Positions 28,007 to 42,357 of a stretch of DNA of 64,000 nucleotides are shown in pieces. The translations under genes and the position numbers were made by a program. Under the pieces are notes generated by a model. That model saw nothing but the letters and a program-made list of their open reading frames with translations. It was not told the DNA's origin and did no database searches. The DNA is from Octopus vulgaris (taxonomy: Eukaryota): NCBI GenBank assembly GCA_951406725.2, contig OX597828.1:23498001-23562000 (forward strand), given 5' to 3'. Each line of letters begins with the position of its first letter. Position 1 is the stretch's first letter.

Positions 28007-28959
28007 TAAGTATAATTATTATACTAAAGAGCAGTGTATGCAAACATAGAAAGAAATAGACAGGTAAACAAACACACACACACTCTCTGTTTCTCTCTCA
28101 CTTTTTTACACACACATACACGCACGGACACATGCGCACATTATTGTATTCAAGCTGAAAAATCTTCACAAACCGTTATTTAGAACTTTTCGTAACCGAT
28201 CGTCGGACATAAATGAATTAGACAATTGTATACCCAACAACTATAATTAATACAATATAATAATTGATTAATGTTTATAAATGGTGCAGTGATAATTACT
28301 TGGTAACTCATCAAATAAGCATTTAAAGCTGATTTAAATTTCCAAATTAATGGAAAATATTGGATAATGCGATTGGCAAACTAATATAGACATCAAAATA
28401 CGAGTAAAAGCAGAATAAATCTGAATAACTTGACTCGCATATGTTCATGGTAATAGAAGACATAATAGTTAATAAAACATTGGTTTGTTCTGCCTGATGA
28501 TGGGTTACGTGACACTCAGAGTAAGTGCTTGTGAGGTTTGTTGAGCTTCTAGAAAAGTGGTAAAAAAAATATCAAAGGTGGTGAACAGCAAAAGGTTTTC
28601 AGAGAAGAAGCACGCGCATGTGTTTTGGTCAATAACGTCTTACACTGTAATGAGTCTAGGCAGCACACAAGTCAGGAATCCTGGGTGTCCTTCGGCTAGT
28701 CGGATATCTACTGTCTCCAATATAGGCTTTATGAAATATCGAAGATATAGGACAGATGTTCCTGCTTGATCTGGTCGAGGGGCAACAAAAATGACCGCCA
28801 TATCGTTCGAAGGCAAGGTTTTAACGTTAAGGGAAATAACTCCGAGGGATAGCTTTGATGTTCCAGTGACAACCAACGTTATTTCCTCTTTAAGGATAAG
28901 TTTCAAACATGAGTGAACGGGAAGTGGTTACAACTATACAAATATAGTCAATTCAAAGA

Positions 28960-29146
28960 AGAAACAATTGAAAATCAGGAACAAAAAACGAAAATGGGAA
29001 CGTGCACAAGCAATACGTTAATTTAACGCTCGGTGAAAGACGAGGGTTGCTAACATTTTGCGCAGAGCTCTTCGTCGGAAACAGGAAAATCCAAAGAGAA
29101 AGCAGGGAAAATAAGGAAAAATCGGCAACACTCCACGTGCGGTCAC

Positions 29147-29184
<38 letters not shown>

Positions 29185-29343
29185 TAAGGAGAGTTCACGA
29201 AAAAAACAAAGACGAAGACAGGTGGTGTAGGAAACAAACAGATGTATTATTATAACGCTTAGGAGTTGAAAAAGTCTTTTACGTTTCGAGCCTACGCTCT
29301 TCTACAGAAAGGGACAGAAAAAAATGCGTGTAGTGGCTACCGA
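28960..29343 (-). mobile_element. Two Penelope-like terminal fragments separated by (TA)n, each with a hammerhead-like motif
   Basis: Minus-strand CTGTAGA-AGAGCGTAGGCTC-GAAA-CG-TA at 29276-29311 and a decayed CCGACGA-AGAGC version at ~29051-29085; 29187-29320 is repeated at 33439-33575. Confidence 0.55.
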
Positions 29344-29694
29344 TATATATATATACATATATATATATACATATATATATATATATGTCGTTGTGTGTAT
29401 ATGTGTGTGTGTGTGTATGTGTATATATATATATATAGTATTTGTTTAAAGATTACTGCTCGTCATCTCATGTTTCTTTAATTTTCATTCGTTTCGTTAG
29501 AGATTCAACCCACTTTGACGCAATTCCCTACACCGAGACCATTCAAATTTGTAATCGCTCCTCAGTTTATGACGAAAAGATACTCTCACTAGTAACAACG
29601 ACGATCACTGGAGGAACCACATATATTTAAAGCTAATGATATTACCCACTTTGCACTAGTTCTTGAGAAAGTAGTTTTCTTCTATCTTTACTCA

Positions 29695-30539
29695 CCAGCA
29701 GTTGCATCGGAGGGAGCTGTACCGTAATCAACGGTGAGACGTTGCTTCGAGAAGTAAGCCGACAAGTTGTCGCCAAAAAGCTAGGCTCTCATGTTCGTTA
29801 AAAAATAAGGGATTTAAGGGGGAAAAAACTGATTTTCTACTCGGTTTTTCTCAATTGTTGGTCATACGTGGATGAATTCTGTGCAAATCGGAGTATACGA
29901 AGGTTATCCTTAGGATGTGTAAATAGGGTATAAAGTTTGAACGCAATCCACCGAAGCAGTGAGAAGGTTTTGAAGGTTTAAAGGGGCAAAGTGAATATAG
30001 ATCGATTTTTTCAGTTTTGCGCGGTGTTTTGTTGCACAGGGATGCCTTTGGACATAGAACAGATACTTGATAGATCCGCCGTTACATGGTTTTTTTAGCT
30101 GTAAAAACCAAGGAAATAGGACTTTCCAGTAAAACGTTTTCTAATGTGTAACTTTGCAAAAATGCGAATAACCGATTTTTTTCAAAGGTCTTCGCAATTT
30201 GCTTTGCAATCAGAGGCAATGCCAAAACATTGGTCTGAAATTTCGCAACAAGACGGTTCTTTTTGACACCAAAATTATGAAAATCGGATGTTCCTGTAAA
30301 CATTTTTTCGCGTATAACTTTTGCCATTTTTTGGCAAAAAGTGGTGGGGGGTCCTTTCGGTTTTATGGATTTTCCTCCTAGAAGTGGGTATCTCTAGGCA
30401 TCTATAAGGCGGCAGTGACCTTCCTGTATAAATTTGTCATTCAATAAAAAAATATTTCATCAAAATCCGATGAAAATGCGGAAACGCATAAAAAGCAAAC
30501 ACATACACAAATACACACAGCCATTTTGAGTTTTATAGA
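29695..30539 (-). mobile_element. Helitron-like non-autonomous element, about 845 bp, older
   Basis: Minus strand starts A|TCTATAAAACTCAAAATGGCTGTGTGTATTTGTGTATGTG..CGGATTTTGATGAAA and ends ..CTGCTGG|T (CTRR); internal subrepeats; 3' hairpin not clear. Confidence 0.45.
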
Positions 30540-30859
30540 TATTGAAAAAGATAAATTTCAATCTTTATTCAAGTCAGTGAAAATCATCTCAATTTTAACA
30601 AACAAAACGAAATTGTTCAGTGGAGCTAGATCTGTTATTTCTAAGTCCATGAAGCATTTCCAATTCGTGTATCCAGCTACAACAAATATCGTGTCATACC
30701 TCAGTGAATTGGTTTTAGTAAGTGTTAGTTAATAGACTTCGGCCATCATAAGCAATTATTAAATACTCCAGCGGTTTTTAAATACTGTAGTTACTATGTA
30801 TGCAGTTGTAGTGAGTATAAGACACACGTGTATAGTTATATTTAAATAGGAGTTAATGC

Positions 30860-31267
30860 ATGTGTTCCACGAGAGGTTAACATACACACACAAAGATATT
30901 TGCTTACATTTGTTTCAGTATATGTATGTTTATACACACGCACACACATATATATATTCGCACGTACATATGCACTATTATGCCTATATATCTGTGTATG
31001 TGTGTGTATGTGTTTCTGTCTATCTGTCAGTATCCGAGTATATGTATATGCACACAAACACACACACACACACACGCGCGCAACACACAGACACACACAC
31101 GCACACAGATATATATAGATATGTATACTTATGTTTATATATTAGATTATGTATATATAGCGATATTATACGTATATATATATATATATACATACATATA
31201 GATGTATGTATGCACATATTTATATAGATGTATGTATGTATGTATGCATATATTTATATATGTATAT

Positions 31268-31307
<40 letters not shown>

Positions 31308-31308
31308 A

Positions 31309-31359
<51 letters not shown>

Positions 31360-31520
31360 GAATATAAATGTGTATGTATCTTTATATATATATATATATA
31401 TATATATACATACATATATGTATGTATGCATATATTATATATGATATATATATATGAATATAAATGTGTATATATCTCTCTCTCTAATATATATATATAT
31501 ATATATATATATCTCTCTCT

Positions 31521-31579
<59 letters not shown>

Positions 31580-31699
31580 GAAGCAAGCACATACATACGC
31601 AGGTATGGGTGCGTGAGATTTATGGATATACGAGTATATACACATATGCACTTATCTAAATAAACGGTCACATAAACGCAGGTACACTTGTATCGAATG

Positions 31700-31737
<38 letters not shown>

Positions 31738-32338
31738 CACACACATACACACACACAGATACACACATACACACTCACGCACACACACGCACACGCACAC
31801 ATGCACGCACGCACACATACAAAGACAAAGAACTATCGTCCATCCTCCCCACCAACATACACATACACACGCTCATTAACTTACATATATTTACACAGCA
31901 CACAAACCTCTACTTCAAAGGAACTAATCCCTTTGTTACACTAAAAACTAGTCTAGATAGTCCGTAGTTATGTATCGAGGAAAACTAGCAAATATCTCAT
32001 AAACGATGAGACACTTTACTCAACACAAGCGGACATACACTAGTTAACATAGAATCTCCTTTCACGGCTCTTTCGCCATATGTTGCGCCTTTCTCTAGCA
32101 GTTACTCACCAATATAATTTCTCTCTTCCTTTTTCTATCTATCACTATCCATCTCCCTGACTTTCTCCTTATTCATCTTCCTCTTTCTCTCTTTCTCTCT
32201 CTTCCTTGCCCTCTCTTCATATATATATATATATATACACACAGAGTGTGACAGAGAAAAAGAGCGTAAGAGAGAGAGAGATAGAGAGAGATAATTACAC
32301 ACTCAGACACTCAGATATATGTATATATATATGTACAT

Positions 32339-32375
<37 letters not shown>

Positions 32376-32425
32376 AGCATGCATATACATATAATTACAT
32401 ACCCCATCAAATATGAAAATATGTT

Positions 32426-32460
<35 letters not shown>

Positions 32461-32612
32461 ATAGATATATGCATATATGTATATAGTACATATATATATA
32501 TATATATACAATATATATACATATATATACCCATATATATATATATATATATTTATATACATATACTGTATATAGGTAGATGTAGATATATGTACACATA
32601 TGTATATATATG

Positions 32613-32644
<32 letters not shown>

Positions 32645-32830
32645 TAAGCACACACAGATGTATATATATATATATATATATATACACACTTATGTAGTTA
32701 TATATATATATATATATATATATAAGCACACACAGATGTATATATATATATATATATATATACACTTATGTAGTTATATGCGTGCATATATATGTGTGTG
32801 TATTTATGTGTGTGCGTATATACATATGTG
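30860..32830. repeat. Microsatellite-dominated region (TA/CA/CT), with a ~70-bp local tandem duplication at ~32630-32775
   Basis: Directly visible; TATAAGCACACACAGATG..CACTTATGTAGTTA occurs twice. Confidence 0.9.
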
Positions 32831-33390
32831 TACATGTACATCATCTTTCGCTGGCTCTTGTTCTGTAATGTTAGTCATGTTAGTGATACCCCTCTATCAA
32901 CGCAACATAATGTTTTGTATTATCTCTACTTTGTTCTATTACATACTTTAATACTTACTTTTATTGTTATTTACCTTTCTCACTCACTCACTCTCTCTCT
33001 CTCTTTTTGTATGTATGTATGCAGCTCTACGTCTCTCTGTCTCCGCATCTGTGTATCTCTCATCTCAGCCTACTACTCTGTCGTTGCCTCCTACCCTGTC
33101 TACCTCATTATCATAATATCGTCTCAGTACAATCCAAAATGGACGGTCTATTAATTTATTAACAGTCTTTTAGTACTACATTATTTGGACTTTGTTATAT
33201 AGCGCACTCATACACGCACACAGAAATACATATAACTACACATACCAATATCTGTGTCTGTGTCTGTTCCTGTGTGTTCATGCATCTTAAGACGTATGTT
33301 TTCCAACGGTACGATTCTGGGTTAGTCCCTGGATAAAGCAAAGCCCTCCAAGTGAATTTAGTTAGCGGAAATTGAAAGAAGCTAATTTTG

Positions 33391-33422
<32 letters not shown>

Positions 33423-33438
33423 CATATATATATATATG

Positions 33439-33602
33439 TAGGGAGAGTTTACGAAAAAACAAAAGACGAAGACAGGTGGTGTACAAAACAAACATATGTT
33501 GTAGTATAACGCTCAGGAATAGAAAAAGTATTTTACGTTTCGAGCCTACGCTCTTCTACAGAAAGGGACAGAGAAAAAACAAGAAGAGAAACAAGGAGAG
33601 AA

Positions 33603-33605
<3 letters not shown>
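33439..33605 (-). mobile_element. Penelope-like terminal fragment, second copy, with hammerhead-like motif
   Basis: Collinear with 29187-29320; motif at 33531-33565. Confidence 0.55.
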
Positions 33606-33663
<58 letters not shown>

Positions 33664-33686
33664 ATGTATGTATGTATGTATGTTTG

Positions 33687-33719
<33 letters not shown>

Positions 33720-33726
33720 GCATATA

Positions 33727-33865
33727 TGGGTACAGGACGTCACCAACAGTAAACAATATGTAACACGAAAAGAAATTTGATAAATACGCAAATAACGAAA
33801 GAAAAAACCTGGAAAACGGGACAAGTGATACAAAGAATACAAAGAACGACCCTTCATCAATTGCC
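33727..33865. repeat. Interspersed repeat fragment related to 39889-40090 (possibly Penelope-like terminus)
   Basis: Both start ATGGGTACAGGAC(G/T)TCA(C/T)CAA and run to CCTTCA(T/A)CAATTG. Confidence 0.45.
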
Positions 33866-34175
33866 AAAATTAATTTTCTATTATTATTATTATTATTATT
33901 ATTATCATCATCATCGTCATCATTATCATCTTTGAATTCCGTTACCATTTCTTACTGAGTGTCTTCCTGACATCTAGGACAGAAAAACGCTCTGTGTACA
34001 TTGGTAGACCATTAAAATATACTGACTAAATTGTCCATTTACAACAGTATGTGATAGAGAAACAGAGAGAGAAACAATTTTAACAAAACATAAAAATTTA
34101 AAAAATATGAAATAAAAATAGAAAATAAAAGTAAAAATATTAAAAAATCAAAAATGAAAAATGAAAAATAAATTA

Positions 34176-34246
<71 letters not shown>

Positions 34247-34818
34247 ACAATAACAATAATGGCACAAGGCCAGAAGTTTTGCCGTGAAATAGGATAGTGG
34301 GGATCCTTCTCTCCGCTAGGACTGGGCTTGTAATTTATTTTATCGACCTTGAGGGATGAAAGGCAAAGTTGTTTGGATGGAGGAACTTGCAATCATAAAA
34401 AAGTAAACATTGATTCTATTGCATCTACTAACACAGCTAACTATTTCCGAATAATAGCACTACTAAGCATGTAAGTTATAGAATACATGACACTATTACG
34501 TCAATAGCACAACATTTGCAACATATAATCACAACGCAATCACTACAAAACCCCCAAATCATTATTGATCCCTCACACAGAGGTCACAAAATCGAATCGT
34601 ACGGAACATTCTTTAGAATCAAGCCTCGTAATATATCGCAACGCTTAATCTTATCTAATTAATGCCATACCTTATAACAACCCTCTCAAACACAGATATT
34701 AAAATCACATAATATATCCTACAATATTTCAACCCATAAAAATATTACAACATATACTTTTAAATATCGTAACATACTCCACGTTTACATACTCTGCAAT
34801 ACATATTCTACAAAATCA

Positions 34819-35285
34819 CATCATCATCAAGTTCCTTTAACAGTTAAGAGACTTGCAGCACCAGTTAAACTGGCACTGCCATCTTTAGGGTGTCATACAA
34901 GAAGCATTTGCAATTTGCTGTCATCACTGGTATTGTGACCTGCCCAAATCTTGTTATTGTCAGACCAGGAATTTCCCTAGCTGCCTATTTTTCCTCTTGC
35001 TTCAGCTGTGCCGTGAAATGACCGTTCTGGACAGGGAGTTGTGACGGGATACGTGATAGCGTTAGAGGAGCTTTCGTAATTTTACCTGCGCGAATAGTGG
35101 TTCCCGTCTGCCAATGTGTTTGTTGAATTATTACTCTACAAAGCTGTTGGTTCTGTATTCTCTATATCTGTGTACGGGGGACATAGCGTTCTTCTGAATC
35201 ATTGCATGGATTTTTCGTTCCGTTTCAGCTGTAAGAATCCAGCTCTCACACCCATTCAGAAGAATCGAAGCCTCGAGGGAGATGC
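34819..35285 (-). mobile_element. RTE-clade LINE 3' fragment with (TGA)n tail
   Basis: Minus-strand translation SLEASILLNGCESWILTAETERKIHA..YREYRTNSFV..GRREPLFAQVKLRKLL*RYHVSRHNSLSRTVI fits the RTE C-terminus; ends TTGATGATGATG. Confidence 0.85.
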
Positions 35286-35617
35286 ACGATATCACTACCC
35301 GCAGCACATAGTTTTACGTGATTGGCACCCAATATCATAACACGCGTCACAGTCACAGTTCAGCAAATATATCATAAAACGCACATTCTAGAAAATCACA
35401 ATGCCAAACTACAAAAGAAAAAAATAAACATTATAACGTATAGTTTTTAGTAATCGATGCCCAATATCATAAAACATTCTATCCTCGCAGCTCGGTTGAT
35501 ATCTCGCACAACACATAGTCTGCGCAATTTCTAAGACAACACAGCACGTAATCTACACATCGATTTAACAAAACAAAAATGGAAAGAAAAAAATTAATAA
35601 AACGGCAAGAAATAGCG

Positions 35618-35881
35618 GACATCATCCTCATTATCGTCGTCGTCATCGTCGTCATCGTTGTCGTCGTCGTACTCGCGTTCATCCACTCCCTCTTCCTCCT
35701 CCTCCTCCTCCTCTTCCTCATCATCATCATCATCATCATCATTGTCATCATTGTCATCATCATCATTATCTTTATCATCCCATTTTGCATCGTTATAGTC
35801 TTTTCCGCCGCCGTCATCACTATCATATTAAACATCAATACTATGATCATCATCAACATAATCATCATCGTCATCGTCATC

Positions 35882-35924
<43 letters not shown>

Positions 35925-35933
35925 CCATCATTA
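35618..35933. repeat. (ATC/GTC/CTC)n trinucleotide low-complexity tract
   Basis: Directly visible. Confidence 0.9.
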
Positions 35934-36384
35934 TCTACGTTAAAAGCATCGCCGAGATCAAATTCGCCAACATAATTAACAAAATATTGTTTCCTGGTGA
36001 TGGAACAAAAAAAAAATAGTTAATGAAAAGAGCTATTTAATGGATATAAAACACTTAACTGCGAAACTTATATACATTTATAGAAAACTTCTATATACAA
36101 TCTATATACTTACATAAAGAGACACACCGCATTTCTATAGATCGATGTGTGTATATGTATCTATGTGCATTTATATATATTGTCTTATTATTTATGGTTA
36201 TCTATTACGGTTTTATTTCCTTACTGGTATTCAGACATTAAAATTTAGTGAAGAATACATTTTATCCTTATCGAAAATGAAATGAAAAGTTATTTTATAT
36301 AAAGCAGGATTGAAACTATCCAGCTAGTAATATAAGCAAGTTAGAGACAAATATTTACAAACGTTCACCATTTTTATCGGGGAA

Positions 36385-36771
36385 CTAGCAGTATCGCCCG
36401 GCGTTGCTCAGGTTTGTAAGGGAAATAACTATAAAGCATTTTTAGAGAGTTATAGCCAAAAAATAGCCAAAAAATGGGAAAAAAAATTATGGTAAATTTT
36501 TTTTTGAGAGTTAAAGAAGGTGGAGTTGCGTCCCCTAGACAGTTTGTGGTTTGTGTTTCTAATTCTCGACCCCAAGTCGAATTTAGCGATTTTTTTCAGA
36601 ACTGAGGGAACTTTTCAAAATTTTCGCTGCGTTAGTTTTGAATTATGACATTGGGCTATGTGTGTGTCAAGTTTCATCAGAATCGGTTGAAAGCCGTGGT
36701 CAGGGTGAGGGTACAAGCAAACAGACACACAGAAACACGCACAGACAAACTGCCGTTTATATAGAGAGAGA
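36385..36771 (-). mobile_element. Non-autonomous Helitron-like element, copy 2
   Basis: Same termini as 16705-17088 (A|CTAG..GAGA|T on +); near-identical over its length with unrelated flanks. Confidence 0.85.
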
Positions 36772-36918
36772 TGAATGCATCTGAATATTTCAACGAGGCA
36801 CTTCGTAATAATTAATACAAATAGGGTCTGGTATAAACAGTATATTGAATTGAACATTTTTGATTATCTGACTTTATCTTCGTAATTATTAAACAAAATC
36901 TTCCTTTAGATGTCCTTA

Positions 36919-37324
36919 GGCGCAGGAGTGGCTGTGTGGTAAGTAGCTTGCTAACCAACTGCATGGTTCCGGGTTCAGTCCCACTGCGTGGTATCTTGGG
37001 CAAGTGTCTTCTGCTATAGCCCCGGGCCGACCAAAGCCTTGTGAGTGGATTTGGTAGACGGAAACTGAAAGAAGCCCGTCGTATATATGTATATATATAT
37101 ATGCGTGTGTGTGTTTGTGTGTCTGTGTTTGTCCCCCTAGCATTGCTTGACAACCGATGCTGGTGTGTTTACGTCCCCGTCACTTAGCGGTTCGGCAAAA
37201 GAGACCGATAGAATAAGTACTGGGCTTACAAAGAATAAGTCCCGGGGTCGATTTGCTCGACTAAAGGCGGTGCTCCAGCATGGCCGCAGTCAAATGATTG
37301 AAACAAGTAAAAGAAAGAAAGAGA
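36919..37324 (+). mobile_element. tRNA-derived SINE family A, full length
   Basis: A/B-box-like head, internal microsatellite, AAAG tail; near-identical to 21383-21790. Confidence 0.9.
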
Positions 37325-37812
37325 AATACGCAAAAGTCAACGTCACGTAAATACGAGTAACGCTACAAAACAGTATAATATGCAAAACTTTTCTCAAGTT
37401 CCATAGATGGAGCTGCCTTGCAGATATAAATATCTCTTTTAAAATCAAAGAAAAAGAGAATGTCTATAGTTTCTTTACCCAAACTATGAATTCATATTCG
37501 TACCAATAACAATTGGAACACTAGGTTTTGTTGATAAATGCTTAAAGGAGAATCTGGATAAACTAGGATTTTCAGAAAGAGATATCGACAGCTAATTTGT
37601 ACATTACAAGTGCGATCTGTGGGTGGAACAGTAAAAATGTGCAAGACTTTTCTCAAGTTCCAAATATCAATTTGTCTGCGTTAACTACATCCCAAAGATA
37701 GAGTCTTGTATACTTGTTAGAAACCTGTTCTTTCCTCAGTGGAAGATTTATAATAATTTAAAAATAGAAGAGAAATACATATATATATTATATATGTGTA
37801 TATATCTATGTA

Positions 37813-38216
37813 TTCTTTTATTCTTTTAGTCTATTACTTGTTTCAGTCGTTTGACTACGACCATGCTGGAGTACCACCGTTAGTCAAACAAATCGACCTC
37901 AGGACATATTCTTTGTAAGCCTAGATAGTACTTATTCTATCGGTACCTTTTGCCGAATCTCGACGTTGTGATTTACATAACGTAAGTTATGGGGACGTAA
38001 ACATACTAACATCAATTGTCAAGTGATTATGGGGTTTGGACCTGCAGAAACACACATATATATATATATATATACATATATATATACACGACTAGCTTCT
38101 TTCAGTTTCTGTCTACCAAATTCACTCAAATGGCTCTGGTCGGCCCGAATATTTAGTAGAAGACGGGACTGTGTAGTTGGGTAGCAAGCTTCTTAACACG
38201 CATCCACGCCTATGCC
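37813..38216 (-). mobile_element. SINE family A, degenerate, inverted relative to 36919
   Basis: TTACTTGTTTCAGTC..CCATGCTGGAG..CTTCTTTCAGTTTCTGTCTACCAAAT is the reverse complement of family A. Confidence 0.8.
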
Positions 38217-38656
38217 TATGCATGTATGTATGTATGTATGTATGTATGTATGTATGTATGTATGTATGTATGTATGTATGTATGTATGTATGTGTCTGTG
38301 TCTATGTGTGTGCGTATATAAGCCTAGTGACTGGATTTCGTACGCATCAACTGGAAGAACCCTATCGTACATCTGTGTATGTGTGTGTATGCTTGCTTGA
38401 GTGTGTGTGTGTGTGTGTGGTTGCATGGATGTGGCTGTGTGCTCCTGCGTGGGTGTGCGCGCCAGCACAATTGTTATACTCTGAACATATTATTGCAATT
38501 TAGACATACTCAAATCAATAAACCAATTCCTTAGTCCGGAACTTATCCAACGCGCCGTCGAGTCCAACCATGAAACCTGTTCATACGATCATCCTTCGAA
38601 CAATAAACCATTATGAGCATCTAGATTTTTCTATTAGACTTTTCCCCTATTTTTGC

Positions 38657-38724
38657 TGGGTCCCTTTCTTATAAATGTAACCGAAACTATGGGTCCCTTT
38701 CTTTATAAATGTAACCGGAACTAT
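38657..38724. repeat. 33/34-bp tandem duplication
   Basis: TGGGTCCCTTTCTT(T)ATAAATGTAACCG(A/G)AACTA twice. Confidence 0.9.
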
Positions 38725-39117
38725 GAGCTAACCGACACGTCCCTCAGTTTGTTACTGACGGTCTTATACCTTCATTATCACTCATCCTGAAGGACCTTTC
38801 ATTTGTTTTTCCATCGAGATGAGGCAAGTGATGCACGGTTAATTTTCAACTTGTAAATTGAATGAGAAAGAAGGAGTAAACCATGGATTCTCATTCCAGG
38901 ATTTGGAAGACTTGCCAAGCAATTACCCTGTGGTAGTATTTCGTTTATTAACTCGAAATGAAATTTCGAAGTTGAATTTGACTTTATTCGATCTCGACAT
39001 GCGGAAAGACTGGAAGAAATTCTGTAAAGATTCTTATCCAAAACTCTGTCAAACTTCAGTCCGATACGAACTGGTATTTGTTTATTGACAAGAAGAGAGA
39101 AACTGATTTTTAAAAGC

Positions 39118-39455
39118 TGGCACTTCGTCGGTATCGACGATGAGTTTTCCAGTTGATCAGATAAACAGAACAGCCTGCTCGTGAAAATGACGTTCACGTG
39201 GCTGGGTACTTTACAGACGAGCGTACCCGTGACGTAAGTTCTCAGGGCGATTCAGTGTGACACAGAATGTGACAAGATTGGCCCTTTGAAATAAAGTTAC
39301 ATCTCACTTTGACAAGCTGAGTGGACCGGAGCAACATAAAAAAAAACCCAGAAAACAATTGTTTGGTGAAAGACACAACTCGGTGCCGGTTATTGAACTC
39401 ACGTCTACACGATCATGTGCCGCATATCCGCTAACCGCTAAGTCACGTGCCTTCA
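39118..39455 (-). mobile_element. tRNA-derived SINE family C
   Basis: Reverse complement of 55186-55492 end to end (TGAAGGCACGTG.. to ..GTGCCA). Confidence 0.8.
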
Positions 39456-39792
39456 ACACGAAAATGAGGCGAAACTAGAGTTTTAATTCACAGACCAAAT
39501 ACTCGGGAGGAATACAACCATTCTAATCGATGTGAAAACAAAAACGCATTTCGCTTAAGGTAACATTAAATGTGAATATTTATAATGCAACTTAATCAGA
39601 TATACAAACACAGAGATAGGTAAGGAACTATTTACGTTTTTAATACAAGCAAAACTTTAATATACATAACTAAAAATATTTATTTTTTAAGATAAAACTT
39701 ACTTGGAAAAGGATGCGTGGCGTTCGATCATATGAATAATATATAAATATATGCATATATACATACATCTATGTACGTACCTACATATATAC

Positions 39793-39849
<57 letters not shown>

Positions 39850-40984
39850 GGGGGGAGAGAGAGAGAGAGAGAGAGTGTGATGCATTTATGGGTACAGGAC
39901 TTCATCAAAACGTTGAACACAATGAGAAACGAAAACATAAAAACAAAAACAAAGAAAACGAACATTTTTCGAACAACGAAAAAAAAAACAAAGAGAGAAA
40001 CGAGACAATTAACATAAAGAGCATTCTCCTTCAACAATTGTCCGTTTTTCATCCACTCCGCGTTACGGGGGCAAGGATGATATTTATGCTGGTAGAAGAA
40101 AACAATATTTCTCAGTGACTAATATGACTTTTACATCTGTTAGAAAACAGGGGAAACCATTTATGTCAGTGAATGTTTTTGTATTTATTACGAACTCATT
40201 AGTGATGTTCCTTGTGGGAATCTAAAAAATGTCATGAGAACTACCCTTCTGGATTGATTCTGCATCTGCATAGAGTCGAAAGAAATTTCTCCAACACACA
40301 TCTATCTCTGTACTCCTGCACGAGTATTTTAATAGTTCACATATTATGATAGCACACGATAAATTTTGTCCTGTGTTTAAGAAAGGCAGAAAAACGTAAA
40401 ACTAATATAAATTATATTTATGAAGTAGATATAGTTATGAGAATAAGTTAAATTTATGAGAAATAATCAACATATCAAGTATAAAACATCTAGTAATAAA
40501 TTTTATCAGCCATAAAGCATTCAACAAACGAAAATCATTGAGAAAAGTAACCTAAGTTTCGCTGAAAATGACCCGAAAATAATTAGGTGTACATGAGGAT
40601 GGTGCAATTAATTTAACTTTTTGTTATCTTTTGGAATCACATCACACTTACTAAGCTAATGCCTCAAACGTATAACTCCTCCACAATTAGGAAAACTCAT
40701 GTTAGAACCACCTCGAGCTACTCTGTCAATTCGTATATTATGACAGATGCGATAAGACAACTATGTCTACCGTACCTTCCCATCAAATGAAAATGAGAAA
40801 AGAGAGAAACGGCACAAAATATTTAAGTATATTTAAGTTTCATATCATTAGTTGTTGGTGTGTACGTATGTGTGCACAACAGAATACACTTATAGAAATA
40901 GACACTCCAAATGTTTGTATGCACAATTGAATATATACATACGCTAGTATGTATATATTCATACACACACTAGCGAATATACAT

Positions 40985-41585
<601 letters not shown>

Positions 41586-42113
41586 TGCAAAGCAATAGGA
41601 CAAGAGATAAATTATAAAACTGAAGCATCAATTTGTAAGCATACACATTTTTGACCTTTACAGAATCATAATTACACCCAATCACACATGTTGAGGCACA
41701 AACTGGTAAACAAAGGCACAACGACACAAACAAAGAAACAAACATATACACATCGACTCACTAGCCAGAAGACACCAGAAGAGACTGAGGAAAAGAGGTC
41801 GTAGGGGAAAGATGGTCGTTATAAACATTTAGAGGAGAGGCATTATTGTGTCTGCAAAACACACGCTGACCTTATACACAAACAAAATAGACACACCTGG
41901 CTATCCAGACACATGCACGGATAGATGCATGTATGTATATAAGTATGTATGTGTGTGTGCGTGTGTGTGCGTGCGTGCGAGTGAGTGTTTGTGTGTATAT
42001 GTATATATAAATATACACACACACTCACACACAAAAGTGTGTACGTGTGTATGTGCATGCTTCAGTGTACATGTACGTGTGTGTATGCGTATACATGTAT
42101 ATATATCTAAATG

Positions 42114-42146
<33 letters not shown>

Positions 42147-42246
42147 GTATATATATATATATGTATATATATGTATATATATATATACAATATAATATAT
42201 ATATATTATACGCATATATCTATATAAATATATGATATATATATAT

Positions 42247-42288
<42 letters not shown>

Positions 42289-42321
42289 CATACATATATA
42301 CATATACATGCGTATATGTAT

Positions 42322-42357
<36 letters not shown>

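Noticed and set aside
28494-28525. CTGATGA motif as a possible canonical hammerhead (also at ~21815 and ~50540)
   Set aside because: No stem II followed by GAAA at a suitable distance.
28640-28830. Minus-strand HFCCPS..HKAYIGDSR as a possible GIY-YIG endonuclease remnant
   Set aside because: Only YIG matches, and it lies on the unexpected side of the adjacent Penelope-like terminus; needs an HMM search.
38858-39115. ORF with QDLEDLPSNY..FRLL and FLSKTLSNF..GI, faintly like a mariner C-terminus
   Set aside because: Similarity too weak; no TIRs or other motifs found.
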